This document shows, one piece after another, positions 17,112 through 30,253 of a DNA stretch of 64,000 nt. Source of the DNA: the human T2T-CHM13v2.0 reference genome, Homo sapiens. Position numbers and translations under genes: made by a program. The DNA is taken from the NCBI RefSeq assembly GCF_009914755.1, contig NC_060929.1. One strand, written 5' to 3'. Each line of letters starts with the position of its first letter. The stretch's first letter is position 1. The notes beneath the pieces are model-generated. The model had not been told where the DNA came from, did no database searches, and saw nothing but the letters and a program-made list of their open reading frames with translations.

Positions 17112-17211
17112 GTATAAAGGACATCGTCCAGTGCTTTTCCTGTGGAGGGTGTTTAGAGAAATGGCAGGAAGGTGATGACCCATTAGACGATCACACCAGA
17201 TGTTTTCCCAA
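17112..17211 (+). pseudogene. NAIP: NAIP coding exon (100 bp; BIR3 C-half)
   Basis: ttttag|GTATAAAG...TTTCCCAA|gtgagt; IKDIVQCFSCGGCLEKWQEGDDPLDDHTRCFP with CxxC-x16-H zinc ligands. Confidence 0.95.
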
Positions 17212-17606
17212 GTGAGTGGAATGAATGTTAACCATCTGCAACTTTGGATGCACTTCAACAGTTTTTTTCTTTTTCCTCATTTCCTGCCTTATTTTATCTT
17301 TAGATTGAGTCTTTATCCACTCCTCGGATTCAGGCTATGAAGGATGAGTCTTCATGTCTTTCATCCCTTTGCTCCATGACCCCCTTCCTGTACTAGCCTT
17401 CCCCTCTTTATAGTTATGGCATAGTTTTGGCTAGATTCATATATTCACATTACATGTTTACATTATCATGACTATACAAATGCTATGTGGAGCTGAAGCT
17501 TGTGGTAAATTTTTATTTATTTTCCCTTCCTGTATATCCTTTTATTTTTTTAGGAAGTAATAACTGTCCTGTTGGTATGTTAGCTTATTTTTTTTTCCTG
17601 AGGTAA

Positions 17607-19115
<1,509 letters not shown>

Positions 19116-19119
19116 GCTT

Positions 19120-19160
<41 letters not shown>

Positions 19161-20361
19161 AGATGGAGTCTCACTGTGTTGCCCAGGCTGGAGTGCAGTG
19201 GCATGATCTCGGCTCACTGTAGACTCTGCCTCCCAGGTTCAAGCAATTCTTCCTGCCTCAGCATCCCAAGTAGCTGGGACTACAGGCATGCACCACTATG
19301 CTTGGCTAATTTTTGTATTTTTAATAGAGATGGAGTTTTGCCACGTTGGCCAGGCTAGTTTCAAACTCCTGACCTCAAGTGATCCGCCTGCCTCAGCCTC
19401 CCAAAGTGCTGGTATTACAGGCGTGAGCCACTGCGGCTGGTCCATTTTCATCTTGGAGGAGTCATCCATCATTTTCACCTCCTTGAATGAGTTTCCCTGG
19501 AAGTCTTCTGGCCTGCTGGATTATGAACAACTTGTCCTATAATCATCCTGGGATCCAGGGATCTTTCTTCACAGGCATCCTGGAGATTATCTCCTCTGTT
19601 GTATCTCCTGGATCTAATGTCATCCTCTTCTTGGTTCACTCGCTCATTTTGTTGGAACACTTCATCGGAGTTCCCTGGGAAAGACTGCATAAGAAATACA
19701 CACTTTTAGTTGCATATAATGCATATACAGACATATAGATCTATCTAGATATATGTTTTTCCTGTATTCTCACACTTATTTGATAGTTTAGCTAGGTGTA
19801 GAATTATAGGTTGGAAGTCATTTTAATTCTAAATTGTAGAGGCACTGCTACATTTCTACTGGTTCCTAATGTGCTGTCGAGAAGTTCCATGCCTTTCTGC
19901 TTGTCAATCCTTTTACTGCAAACAAAATTTTTTTTTTTCCTGTGCTGGAAGCTTTCAGAAAAATATCTGTTCTAAAATTTTACGAAGAAATATTTCTTTT
20001 CTATGAATCTTTAAACTTAATTTTTTTTACCCATCAAACTCTTTAGAAATGTTTAATTGCAAGAAGAAATTTGTGTTTTCACTATGTAATTAGTAAGAGT
20101 TTTTTTTTTTAGAAATGAATATGAACACATACAGATTTTAAAATGAATGCTTCCTGCTCATTTGTATAGTGGTAAAAACAAAAATAAAACAAAATGAATA
20201 CTTCTATCTAATTTTATTGCCTTGAAGGTATTTTGATAGCAGTAGTTACCTCATTTTTCTTTCTTATTTGGGCTTAGTGTATAATAAATTATTGAGAACA
20301 ATGGGGACATTCTACTTAATTCTTGGAAGGATAAGCTAGGATGCAGTCTAGTCTTATTTAG

Positions 20362-20741
<380 letters not shown>

Positions 20742-21335
20742 TAAGAGACTGGGTCTCGGCTCTGTCACCCAGGCTGGAGCAAGTGCAGTGGTACAATCCT
20801 AGCTGACTGTAGCCTCAAATTCCTGGGCTCAAGTGATCCTCCCACCTCAGCCTCCCAAGTAGCTAGGACTACAAGCATGTGTCACCATGCCCGACTAATT
20901 TTTTAAAGTATTTTTTTGTAGAGATGGGGTCTTGCTTTGTTGCCCAGGCTGGTCTCAAACTCCTGGCTCCAAATGATCCTTCTGCTTCAGCCTCCCAAAG
21001 TACTTGGATTACAGGCATGAGCCACTGCTCCCAGCCAACTCCTTTTTGGATTTTTACTCTTCCTTTGCCTCTTAAAAAAACTGCAAACCAGTATGTCTCC
21101 AAATGATTACCTAAAATTTTTATGTATGCTTTAAAGAATGAATAAAAAGCAACCTATGAACCTCCTAGTAAAGTCAAGAAATTGGACATTATCAATGCCT
21201 TAAAAGACCCCTGCGGCCGGGTGCAGTGACTCACGCCTGTAATCTCAGCACTTTGGGAGGCCGATGTGGGCAGATTGTCTGAGCTCAAGAGTTCGAGACC
21301 AGCCTGGGCAACATGGTGAAACCCCATCTCTGTTA

Positions 21336-22356
<1,021 letters not shown>

Positions 22357-23371
22357 TAGTAGAGATGGGGTTTCTCCATGTTGGTCAGGCTGGTCTCGGA
22401 CTCCCAACCTCAGGTGATCCACCCACCTCAGCCTCCCAAAGTGCTGGGATTACAGGTGTGAGCCACCGCGCCCGGCAGTTGAGCTTATTTTCATATTTTC
22501 CTGCAGAATAGTCTTGTTCTTTCTCTTCAAGAGTGTGTCTTAGCTATTTTTTTGCCCTTTGGTCTTTCATATTCCAGAGAATATATTAAATATCCCAAGC
22601 AGGCATGGTGGTTCACACCTATAATCCCAGCACTTTGGGAGGCTGAGGTGGGAGGAGTGCACAAGGCGAGGAGTTTGAGACTAGCCTTTGCAACATAGCT
22701 AGACTCCATTTCTACAAAAAATTTTTAAAACAAACAGGGTGTGGTAGCATGCATCTGTAGTCCCAGCTACCTGGGAGGCAGAGGCAGGAGAATCGCTTGA
22801 GCTCAGGAGTATAGGTTGCAATGAGCTATGATTGTGCCACTGTACTGTGGCCTGGGTGACAGAGTAAAACTTTGTCTCTAAAAAACAGAAATATCCCTCT
22901 TTATCCTTGATAGTATTTTTTAGGCCTTTATTAGTTTTTTCATGTTACATCTTTTAGATTATTTTCTTTTTAATCTATCTGTGACTATATTTAAAGTCAA
23001 TTCTTGTTTTTTCCTTTTCCTTTTTGTGGGTAACGGGGTCTCACTATGTTGCCCAGGCAGATCTCAAACTCCTGGGCTCAAGCTGTCCTCCCACCTCTGC
23101 CACCCTAAGTGTTGAGATTACAGGCATGAGCCACTGCACCCAGCCTTAAAGTGAATTGTTATAGGCAACAACACAGTGGGGTCTTTTATTTTATTTTTTA
23201 TTTGTTTATGAGACAGACTCGCTCTGTTGCCTACGCTGCAGTGCAGTGGTGCAGTCTTGACTCACTGCAGCCTGGACTTCCCAGGCTCAAGCAATCCTCC
23301 CACCTCAGACTCCTGAGTAGCTGGGACTACAGGCACATGCCACCATGCCAGGCTAATTTTTTTTTTCTGGG

Positions 23372-24770
23372 CCTAGAGATCTGTGGAACTTTGAACTTGA
23401 GAGAGATGATTTAAGGTATCTGACAGAAGAAATTTCTAAGCAGCAAAGCATTCGAGAAGAAGCAGAGCATAAAATTTCAGAAAATTTGTAGCCTGATGAT
23501 GCAACAGAAAAGAAAAATCTATTTTCTCAGGAGACTGGGTTGTAGAAATTTGCATAAGTAATGAGGAGCCAAATGTTAATCACCAAGACAATGGGGCAAA
23601 TGTCTCCAGGGCATGTTAGAGACCCTCACAGCAGACCCTCCCATCGCAGGCCAGGAGGCTTAGAAGGAAAAATGGTTTTGTGGGTCCAGAACCCCCTGCT
23701 GTGTGCAGCCTAGGAACTTGGGGCCCTGCATCCCAGCTGCTCCTGCCATAGGTAAAAGGGGACAAGGTACACCTCAGGCCATGGCTTCAGAGGGTGCAAG
23801 TTCCAAGCCTTTCAGGTTCTAGGTGGTGTTAAGCCTGCAGATGCACCGAAGTCAAGAATTAACGTTCATGAACCTCCGCCTACATTTCAGAAGATGTATG
23901 AAAATGCCTGGAAATCCAGGCAAAAGTTTGCTGTGGGGGGGAGGGGAGGGGGGGGCCCTCATGGATAACCTCTGCTAGGGCAGTGTCAAAGGGAAATATG
24001 GGGTTGGAGCTCCCACACAGAGTCCCCACTGGGGTACTGCCAAGCAGAGCTGTGAGAAAAGGGCCACCATCCTCCAGACCCCAGAATGGTAGATCCACTG
24101 ACAGCTTGCACTGTGTGCCTAGAAAAGCTGCAGACACTCAATGCAGCCAGAAGGGGGGCTGTACCCTGCAAAGCCACAGGGGCGGGGCTGCCCAAGACCC
24201 TGGGAACCCACTTCTTGCATCACCTAGATGTGACACATGGAGTCAAAGGAGGTCATTTTGGAGCTTTAAGATTTGCCTGCTGGGTTTTGGACTTGCATGG
24301 GGCCTGTAGCTCTTTCGCTTTGGCCAATTTCTCCCATTTGAAACGAGTGTATCTACCCAATGCCTGTATCCCTGTGTATCTAGAAAATAACTAACTTGCT
24401 TTTGATTTTACAGGCTCATAGGTGGAAGGGACTTGCCTTGTCTCAGATGAGACTTTGGACTATGGAATTTTGAGTTAATGCTGAAATAAGAGTTTGGGGG
24501 ACTTAGGGGAAGGCACGATTGCTTTTGAAATATGAGGACATGAGATTTGGGAGGGGCCGGGGAAGAATTATATGGTTTGGCTCTGTCCGCACCCAAATCT
24601 CATCTTGAATTGTAACAATTCCCATGTGTCAAGGGTGGGGCCAGGTGGAGATAACTGAATCATGGAGGCAGTTTCCCCCATGCTGTTCTCATGGTAGTGA
24701 ATAAGTCTCATGAGGTCTGATGGTTTTATAAATGGATGTTCCCCTGCACATGCTCTCTCCTGCCCACCAT
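23372..24770 (+). mobile_element. 5'-truncated THE1 (MaLR) internal region plus truncated 3' LTR (from 24568)
   Basis: cctagagatctgtggaactttgaacttgagagagatgat (MaLR-int); polypurine tract gggaggggccggggaagaa followed by LTR start ttatatggtttggct. Confidence 0.9.
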
Positions 24771-25863
24771 GTCTGACTAAATTTTGTATTTTTACTAGAG
24801 ACGGGCTTTCACTATGTTGGCCAGGCTGGCCTCCAACTCCTGATCTCGTGATCCGTCCACCCCGACCTCCCAAAGTGCTAGGATCATAGGCATAAGCCAC
24901 CACACCCGGCCTCTTTTTTTTCTTTTTCTTTTTTTTATCTGGAGACTGAGTTTTGCACTCGTTGCCCAGGCTGGAGTGCAATGGTGCGATCTCAGCTCAC
25001 TGCAGTCTCCACCTCAGCAGGAGAGCAGGAATCTTCAGTGATCCACGGGCAAATATGCAGCCATTGTGGGCACCTGTTCCTCCCGCGACCTTTGTGCCCA
25101 CGTCTCTCCCTCCAGTACCTACTGCACGACCCCCCACGTCCGCCTCCTGCCATTGCCAGCAGGTGCCTTGCGCCGGTACCTGGCTGCGCTTATTCATCCA
25201 TTATGGTCGCTCTGTCACTGGTGCCATTATGTGCTCACATGCCCACTCCCTCAGGTTTAGAAGTCGCGTTGCCCGGCAACAGAACAATCTGCTGGCTTAG
25301 CCTTTGGCCAAGTTGGCAGCTGGACGAGGACGCTCAGAGCCCAGCTCTTGAGAGTTCAAGTATCCGACAGTTCCCCACTGCTCCCAGGAGCGGTTACCCG
25401 GGCACTCTGTGCCCCTCATTCCTGTTTGGGCCAAGGCCGAGGACCTGCGAGTAGGGCTCAGTTGCCTGGAGCCCCTTCAGCCCATCCCCCAGTTCACTTT
25501 GCTTGTGGGATCTCCCCGTTGCTCCTGCCCCTGGACTGAGTGGCAGGCCATCCTACAAACACCCGCACACTCGACATCAGTGGTGTCAAGACAACTCTAA
25601 GAAGGTTTTCCGTGATCCTGCAAGACCTGTGTTCCATCCTGGTGATTCTGTCTTCAACTTCACTGCACAGGTACCACAGTAAGCCAGTGCTGTGTGCTCT
25701 GAGTTCCAGGGCATCCCCCAGCTCAGCCACTACACTGAGCACAAGGACTCTGTGGGGCCCAGGAGCAGGTAGTCACCCCTTTGGGGTCCACAACACCCGG
25801 CTGTCCCCAGACTTGTGTCCAGGGAAGATAGTGTTGAGGGCCCTCAAGGAGAGCGGGGCAGGG

Positions 25864-28800
25864 ATGCCTGAGCAGCACAAGGACCCCAGAGTCCAAGAAA
25901 ATCCTGATGATCAGAGAACGGTCCCCGAGGTCACCGGGGATGCACGGTCTGCATTTTGGCCCCTGCGGGACAATGGAGGCCCCTCTCCCTTTGTGCCCAG
26001 GCCCGGGCCTCTGCAGACAGACCTCCACGCCCAGAGCTCAGAAATCAGATATAACCACACATCCCAGACATCCTGGACGAGCTCGAGCACCAAACGAAAT
26101 GCCATCTCCAGCTCCTACAGCTCCACGGGAGGCTTGCCGGGGCTAAAGCAGAGGAGGGGGCCAGCCTCATCCCGCTGCCAGCTGACCCTCAGTTACTCAA
26201 AGACAGTGAGTGAGGACAGGCCTCAGGCTGTCTCTTCGGGTCACACACGGTGTGAAAAGGGGGCAGATACATCACCAGGGCAGACAATCGCCCCAACGGG
26301 TGGCTCCCCCAGATCCCAGGACTCTAGGCCCCGTAGACGCAAGATTCCCCTGCTGCCACGCAGGCGAGGGGAGCCTTTGATGCTGCCACCTCCCTTAGAG
26401 CTGGGGTACCGGGTCACGGCTGAAGACCTGCACCTGGAAAAAGAGAAGGCATTCCAGCGCATCAACAGTGCACTGCACGTTGAGGACAAGGCCATCTCGG
26501 ACTGCAGACCCTCACGGCCTTCCCACACTTTGTCCTCACTTGCAACAGGGGCTTCGGGTGGGCCTCCCGTTTCTAAAGCACCCACTATGGATGCACAGCA
26601 GGACAGACCCAAGTCCCAAGACTGCCTGGGCCTACTGGCCCCCCTAGCATCTGCAGCAGAGGTCCCCGCTACAGCTCCCGTGTCTGGGAAGAAGCACAGA
26701 CCACCAGGACCCCTGTTCTCCTCCTCAGATCCCCTTCCGGCCAACTCTTCCCACTCCCGGGACTCAGCCCAGGTCACCTCGATGATTCCTGTCCCCTTGA
26801 CAGCTGCAAGCAGGGATGCCGGCATGAGAAGAACAAGGTCGGCTCCTGCAGCTGCCGCAGCAGCCCCTCCCCCCTCCACATTGAACCCCACGTCGGGGTC
26901 ACTACTCAATGCAGTGGATGGAGGCCCCTCACATTTCTTGGCCTCAGCCACAGCTGCAGCACGTGTCCAGAGGTCAGAAGTGAGATATAACCAGAGATCC
27001 CAGACCTCCCGGACCAGATCGTGCCTCAAACGAAATGCCAGCTCCAGCTCCCACAGCTCTACGGAAGGCCTCCAGGAAGTAAAGCGGAGGAGGGGGCCAG
27101 CCTCATCCCACTGCCAGCTGGCCCACAGTTCCTCAAACACAGTGAGTGAGGATGGACCTCAGGCTGTCTCTTCGGGTCACCGCTGTGAAAACAAGGCAGG
27201 TACAGCACCAGGGCAGACACTTGCCCCCAGGGGTGGCTCCCCCAGATCCCAGGCCTCTAGGCCCCACATCAACACTGCACTGCACGTTGAGGACAAGGCC
27301 ATCTCGGACTGCAGACCCTCACGACCTTCCCACACTTTGTCCTCACTTGCAACAGAGGCTTCGGGTGGGCCTCCCGTTTCTAAAGCACCCACTATGGACG
27401 CACAGCAGGACAGACCCAAGTCCCAAGACTGCCTGGGCCTAGTGGCCCCCCTAGCATCTGCAGCAGAGGTCCCCTCTACAGCTCCCGTGTCTGGGAAGAA
27501 GCACAGACCACCAGGACCCCTGTTCTCCTCCTCAGATCCCCTTCCTGCCACCTCTTACCACTCCCGGGACTCAGCCCAGGTCACCTCGCTGATTCCTGCC
27601 ACCTTCACAGCTGCAAGCAGGGATGCCGGCATGAGAAGAACAAGGTCGGCTCCTGCAGCTGCCACAGCAGCCCCTCCCCCCTCCACATTGAACAACACGT
27701 CGGGGTCACTACTCAATGCAGTGGATGGAGGCCCCTCACATTTCTTGGCCTCAGCCACAGCTGCAGCACGTGCCCAGAGGTCAGAAGTGAGATATAACCA
27801 GAGATCCCAGACCTCCCGGACCAGATCCTGCCTCAAACGAAATGCCAGCTCCAGCTCCAGCTCCCACAGCTCTACGGAAGGCCTCCAGGAACTAAAGCGG
27901 AGGAGGGGGCCAGCCTCATCCCACTGCCAGCTGGCCCACAGTTCCCCAAACACAGTGAGTGAGGACGGACCTCAGGCTGTCTCTTCGGGTCACCGCTGTG
28001 AAAACAAGGCAGGTACAGCACCAGGGCAGACACTCGCCCCCAGGGGAGGCTCCCCCAGATCCCAGGCCTCTAGGCCCCACATCAACAGTGCACTGCACGT
28101 TGAGGACAAGGCCATCTCGGACTGCAGACCCTCACGGCCTTCCCACACTTTGTCCTCACTTGCAACAGGGGCTTCGGGTGGGCCTCCCGTTTCTAAAGCA
28201 CCCACTATGGACGCACAGCAGGACAGACCCAAGTCCCAAGACTGCCTGGGCCTAGTGGCCCCCCTAGCATCTGCTGCAGAGGTCCCCTCTACAGCTCCCG
28301 TGTCTGGGAAGAAGCACAGACCACCAGGACCCCTGTTCTCCTCCTCAGATCCCCTTCCTGCCACCTCTTCCCACTCCCGGGACTCAGCCCAGGTCACCTC
28401 GCTGATTCCTGCCACCTTCACAGCTGCAAGCAGGGATGCCGGCATGAGAAGAACAAGGCCTGGCACCTCGGCTCCTGCAGCTGCCGCAGCAGCCCTTCCC
28501 CCCTCCACATTGAACCCCACGTCGGGGTCGCTACTCAATGCAGTGGATGGAGGCCCCTCACATTTCTTGGCCTCAGCCACAGCTGCAGCACGTGCCCAGA
28601 GGTCAGAAGTGAGATATAACCAGAGATCCCAGACCTCCCGGACCAGATCCTGCCTCAAACGAAATGCCAGCTCCAGCTCCCACAGCTCTACGGAAGGCCT
28701 CCAGGAAGTAAAGCGGAGGAGGGGGCCAGCCTCATCCCACTGCCAGCTGGCCCACAGTTCCTCAAACACAGTGAGTGAGGACGGACCTCAGGCTGTCTCT

Positions 28801-30183
28801 TCGGGTCACCGCTGTGAAAACAAGGCAGGTACAGCACCAGGGCAGACACTCGCCCCCAGGGGTGGCTCCCCCAGATCCCAGGCCTCTAGGCCCCGCATCA
28901 ACAGTGCACTGCACGTTGAGGACAAGGCCATCTCGGACTGCAGACCCTCACGGCCTTCCCACACTTTGTCCTCACTTGCAACAGGGGCTTCGGGTGGGCC
29001 TCCCGTTTCTAAAGCACCCACTATGGATGCACAGCAGCACAGACCCAAGTCCCAAGACTGCCTGGGCCTACTGGCCCCCCTAGCATCTGCTGCAGAGGTC
29101 CCCTCTACAGCTCCCGTGTCTGGGAAGAAGCACAGACCACCAGGACCCCTGTTCTCCTCCTCAGATCCCCTTCCTGCCACCTCTTCCCACTCACGGGACT
29201 CAGCCCAGGTCACCTCGCTGATTCCCGCGCCCTTCACAGCTGCAAGCAGCGATGCCGGCATGAGAAGAACAAGGCCTGGCACCTCGGCTCCTGCAGCTGC
29301 AGCAGCAGCCCCTCCCCCCTCCACATTGAACCCCACGTCGGGGTCACTACTCAATGCAGTGGATGGAGGCCCCTCACATTTCTTGGCCTCAGCCACAGCT
29401 GCAGCACGTGTCCAGAGGTCAGAAGTGAGATATAACCAGAGATCCCAGACCTCCCGGACCAGATCCTGCCTCCAAGGAAATGCCAGCTCCAGCTCCCACA
29501 GCTCTACGGAAGGCCTCCCGCAACTAAAGCGGAGGAGGGGGCCAGCCTCATCCCACTGCCAGCTGGCCCACAGTTCCTCAAACACAGTGAGTGAGGACGG
29601 ACCTCAGGCTGTCTCTTCGGGTCACACCCGCTGTGAGAAGAAGGCAGGTACAGCACCAGGGCAGACACTTGCCCCCAGGGGTGGCTCCCCCAGATCCCAG
29701 GCCTCTAGGCCCCGCATCAACACTGCACTGCACATTGAGGACAAGGCCATCTCGGACTGCAGACCCTCACGGCCTTCCCACACTTTGTCCTCACTTGCAA
29801 CAGGGGCTTCGGGTGGGCCTCCCGTTTCTAAAGCACCCACTATGGATGCACAGCAGGACAGACCCAAGTCCCAAGACTGCCTGGGCCTAGTGGCCCCCCT
29901 AGCATCTGCTGCAGAGGTCTCCTCTACAGCTCCCATGTCTGGGAAGAAGCACAGACCACCAGGACCCCTGTTCTCCTCCTCAGATCCCCTTCCTGCCACC
30001 TCTTCCCACTCCGGGGACTCAGCCCAGGACACCTCGCTGATTCCTGCCCCCTTCACACCTGCAAGCAGGGATGCCGGCATCAGAAGAATGTTTCGTGTTC
30101 GAAATTGTTTGAGGGGTTTGGGTTTATTTTTGTTGGTTTTTTCTTTTTTTTTTTTGCTTACGTGGGCATCCTTCAGCTTTTAA
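25864..30183 (+). CDS. Intronless POM121-like (POM121L1-family) ORF, 1439 aa from first ATG (frame open from 25540); Ser/Pro/Ala-rich, 4 internal repeats, hydrophobic C-terminus; coding status unproven
   Basis: POM121 central-region motifs: SAFWPLRDNGGPSPFVPRPGPL, RNAISSSYSSTGG, RRKIPLLPRRRGEPLMLPPPLELGYRVTAEDLHLEK; upstream in-frame SPDLCPGKIVLRALKE resembles POM121 APDPCAKETVLSALKE. ATG context gggATGc; no N-terminal TM or FG repeats. Confidence 0.7.
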   Translation: MPEQHKDPRVQENPDDQRTVPEVTGDARSAFWPLRDNGGPSPFVPRPGPLQTDLHAQSSEIRYNHTSQTSWTSSSTKRNAISSSYSSTGGLPGLKQRRGPASSRCQLTLSYSKTVSEDRPQAVSSGHTRCEKGADTSPGQTIAPTGGSPRSQDSRPRRRKIPLLPRRRGEPLMLPPPLELGYRVTAEDLHLEKEKAFQRINSALHVEDKAISDCRPSRPSHTLSSLATGASGGPPVSKAPTMDAQQDRPKSQDCLGLLAPLASAAEVPATAPVSGKKHRPPGPLFSSSDPLPANSSHSRDSAQVTSMIPVPLTAASRDAGMRRTRSAPAAAAAAPPPSTLNPTSGSLLNAVDGGPSHFLASATAAARVQRSEVRYNQRSQTSRTRSCLKRNASSSSHSSTEGLQEVKRRRGPASSHCQLAHSSSNTVSEDGPQAVSSGHRCENKAGTAPGQTLAPRGGSPRSQASRPHINTALHVEDKAISDCRPSRPSHTLSSLATEASGGPPVSKAPTMDAQQDRPKSQDCLGLVAPLASAAEVPSTAPVSGKKHRPPGPLFSSSDPLPATSYHSRDSAQVTSLIPATFTAASRDAGMRRTRSAPAAATAAPPPSTLNNTSGSLLNAVDGGPSHFLASATAAARAQRSEVRYNQRSQTSRTRSCLKRNASSSSSSHSSTEGLQELKRRRGPASSHCQLAHSSPNTVSEDGPQAVSSGHRCENKAGTAPGQTLAPRGGSPRSQASRPHINSALHVEDKAISDCRPSRPSHTLSSLATGASGGPPVSKAPTMDAQQDRPKSQDCLGLVAPLASAAEVPSTAPVSGKKHRPPGPLFSSSDPLPATSSHSRDSAQVTSLIPATFTAASRDAGMRRTRPGTSAPAAAAAALPPSTLNPTSGSLLNAVDGGPSHFLASATAAARAQRSEVRYNQRSQTSRTRSCLKRNASSSSHSSTEGLQEVKRRRGPASSHCQLAHSSSNTVSEDGPQAVSSGHRCENKAGTAPGQTLAPRGGSPRSQASRPRINSALHVEDKAISDCRPSRPSHTLSSLATGASGGPPVSKAPTMDAQQHRPKSQDCLGLLAPLASAAEVPSTAPVSGKKHRPPGPLFSSSDPLPATSSHSRDSAQVTSLIPAPFTAASSDAGMRRTRPGTSAPAAAAAAPPPSTLNPTSGSLLNAVDGGPSHFLASATAAARVQRSEVRYNQRSQTSRTRSCLQGNASSSSHSSTEGLPQLKRRRGPASSHCQLAHSSSNTVSEDGPQAVSSGHTRCEKKAGTAPGQTLAPRGGSPRSQASRPRINTALHIEDKAISDCRPSRPSHTLSSLATGASGGPPVSKAPTMDAQQDRPKSQDCLGLVAPLASAAEVSSTAPMSGKKHRPPGPLFSSSDPLPATSSHSGDSAQDTSLIPAPFTPASRDAGIRRMFRVRNCLRGLGLFLLVFSFFFLLTWASFSF
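26461..30088 (+). repeat. Tandem array: units of 807, 813, 816 and 819 bp plus a partial fifth unit
   Basis: atcaaca(g/c)tgcactgcac recurs at 26461, 27268, 28081, 28897 and 29716. Confidence 0.97.
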
Positions 30184-30247
30184 TAATCTGAAAAATTGTA
30201 TTTACCCATTGTCAATGTGTATAAATTAATCTCAGTCAATTTTATAC

Positions 30248-30253
30248 AATAAA
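30248..30253 (+). terminator. Candidate polyadenylation signal AATAAA for POM121-like copy 1
   Basis: AATAAA 65 nt after the TAA stop; AT-rich context makes chance occurrence possible. Confidence 0.4.

Noticed and set aside
25540-25863. 1547-aa ORF start as given in the track
   Set aside because: Start codon is GTG; first ATG is 25864. The upstream frame is open and partly POM121-like but initiation there is unsupported.
25864-26460. All three differences seen between ORF copies in the lead-in are non-synonymous (H/D, S/A, K/T)
   Set aside because: Too few changes; compatible with neutrality, so no evidence of positive selection.
26241-30080. Long antisense ORFs (299, 259, 259, 152 aa) over the array
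   Set aside because: Shadow frames of a GC-rich repeat, broken by a stop in every unit, with no recognisable homology.
26461-30088. Array as a CRISPR-like or prokaryotic system
   Set aside because: Primate DNA; units are ~810-bp head-to-tail repeats with no spacers.
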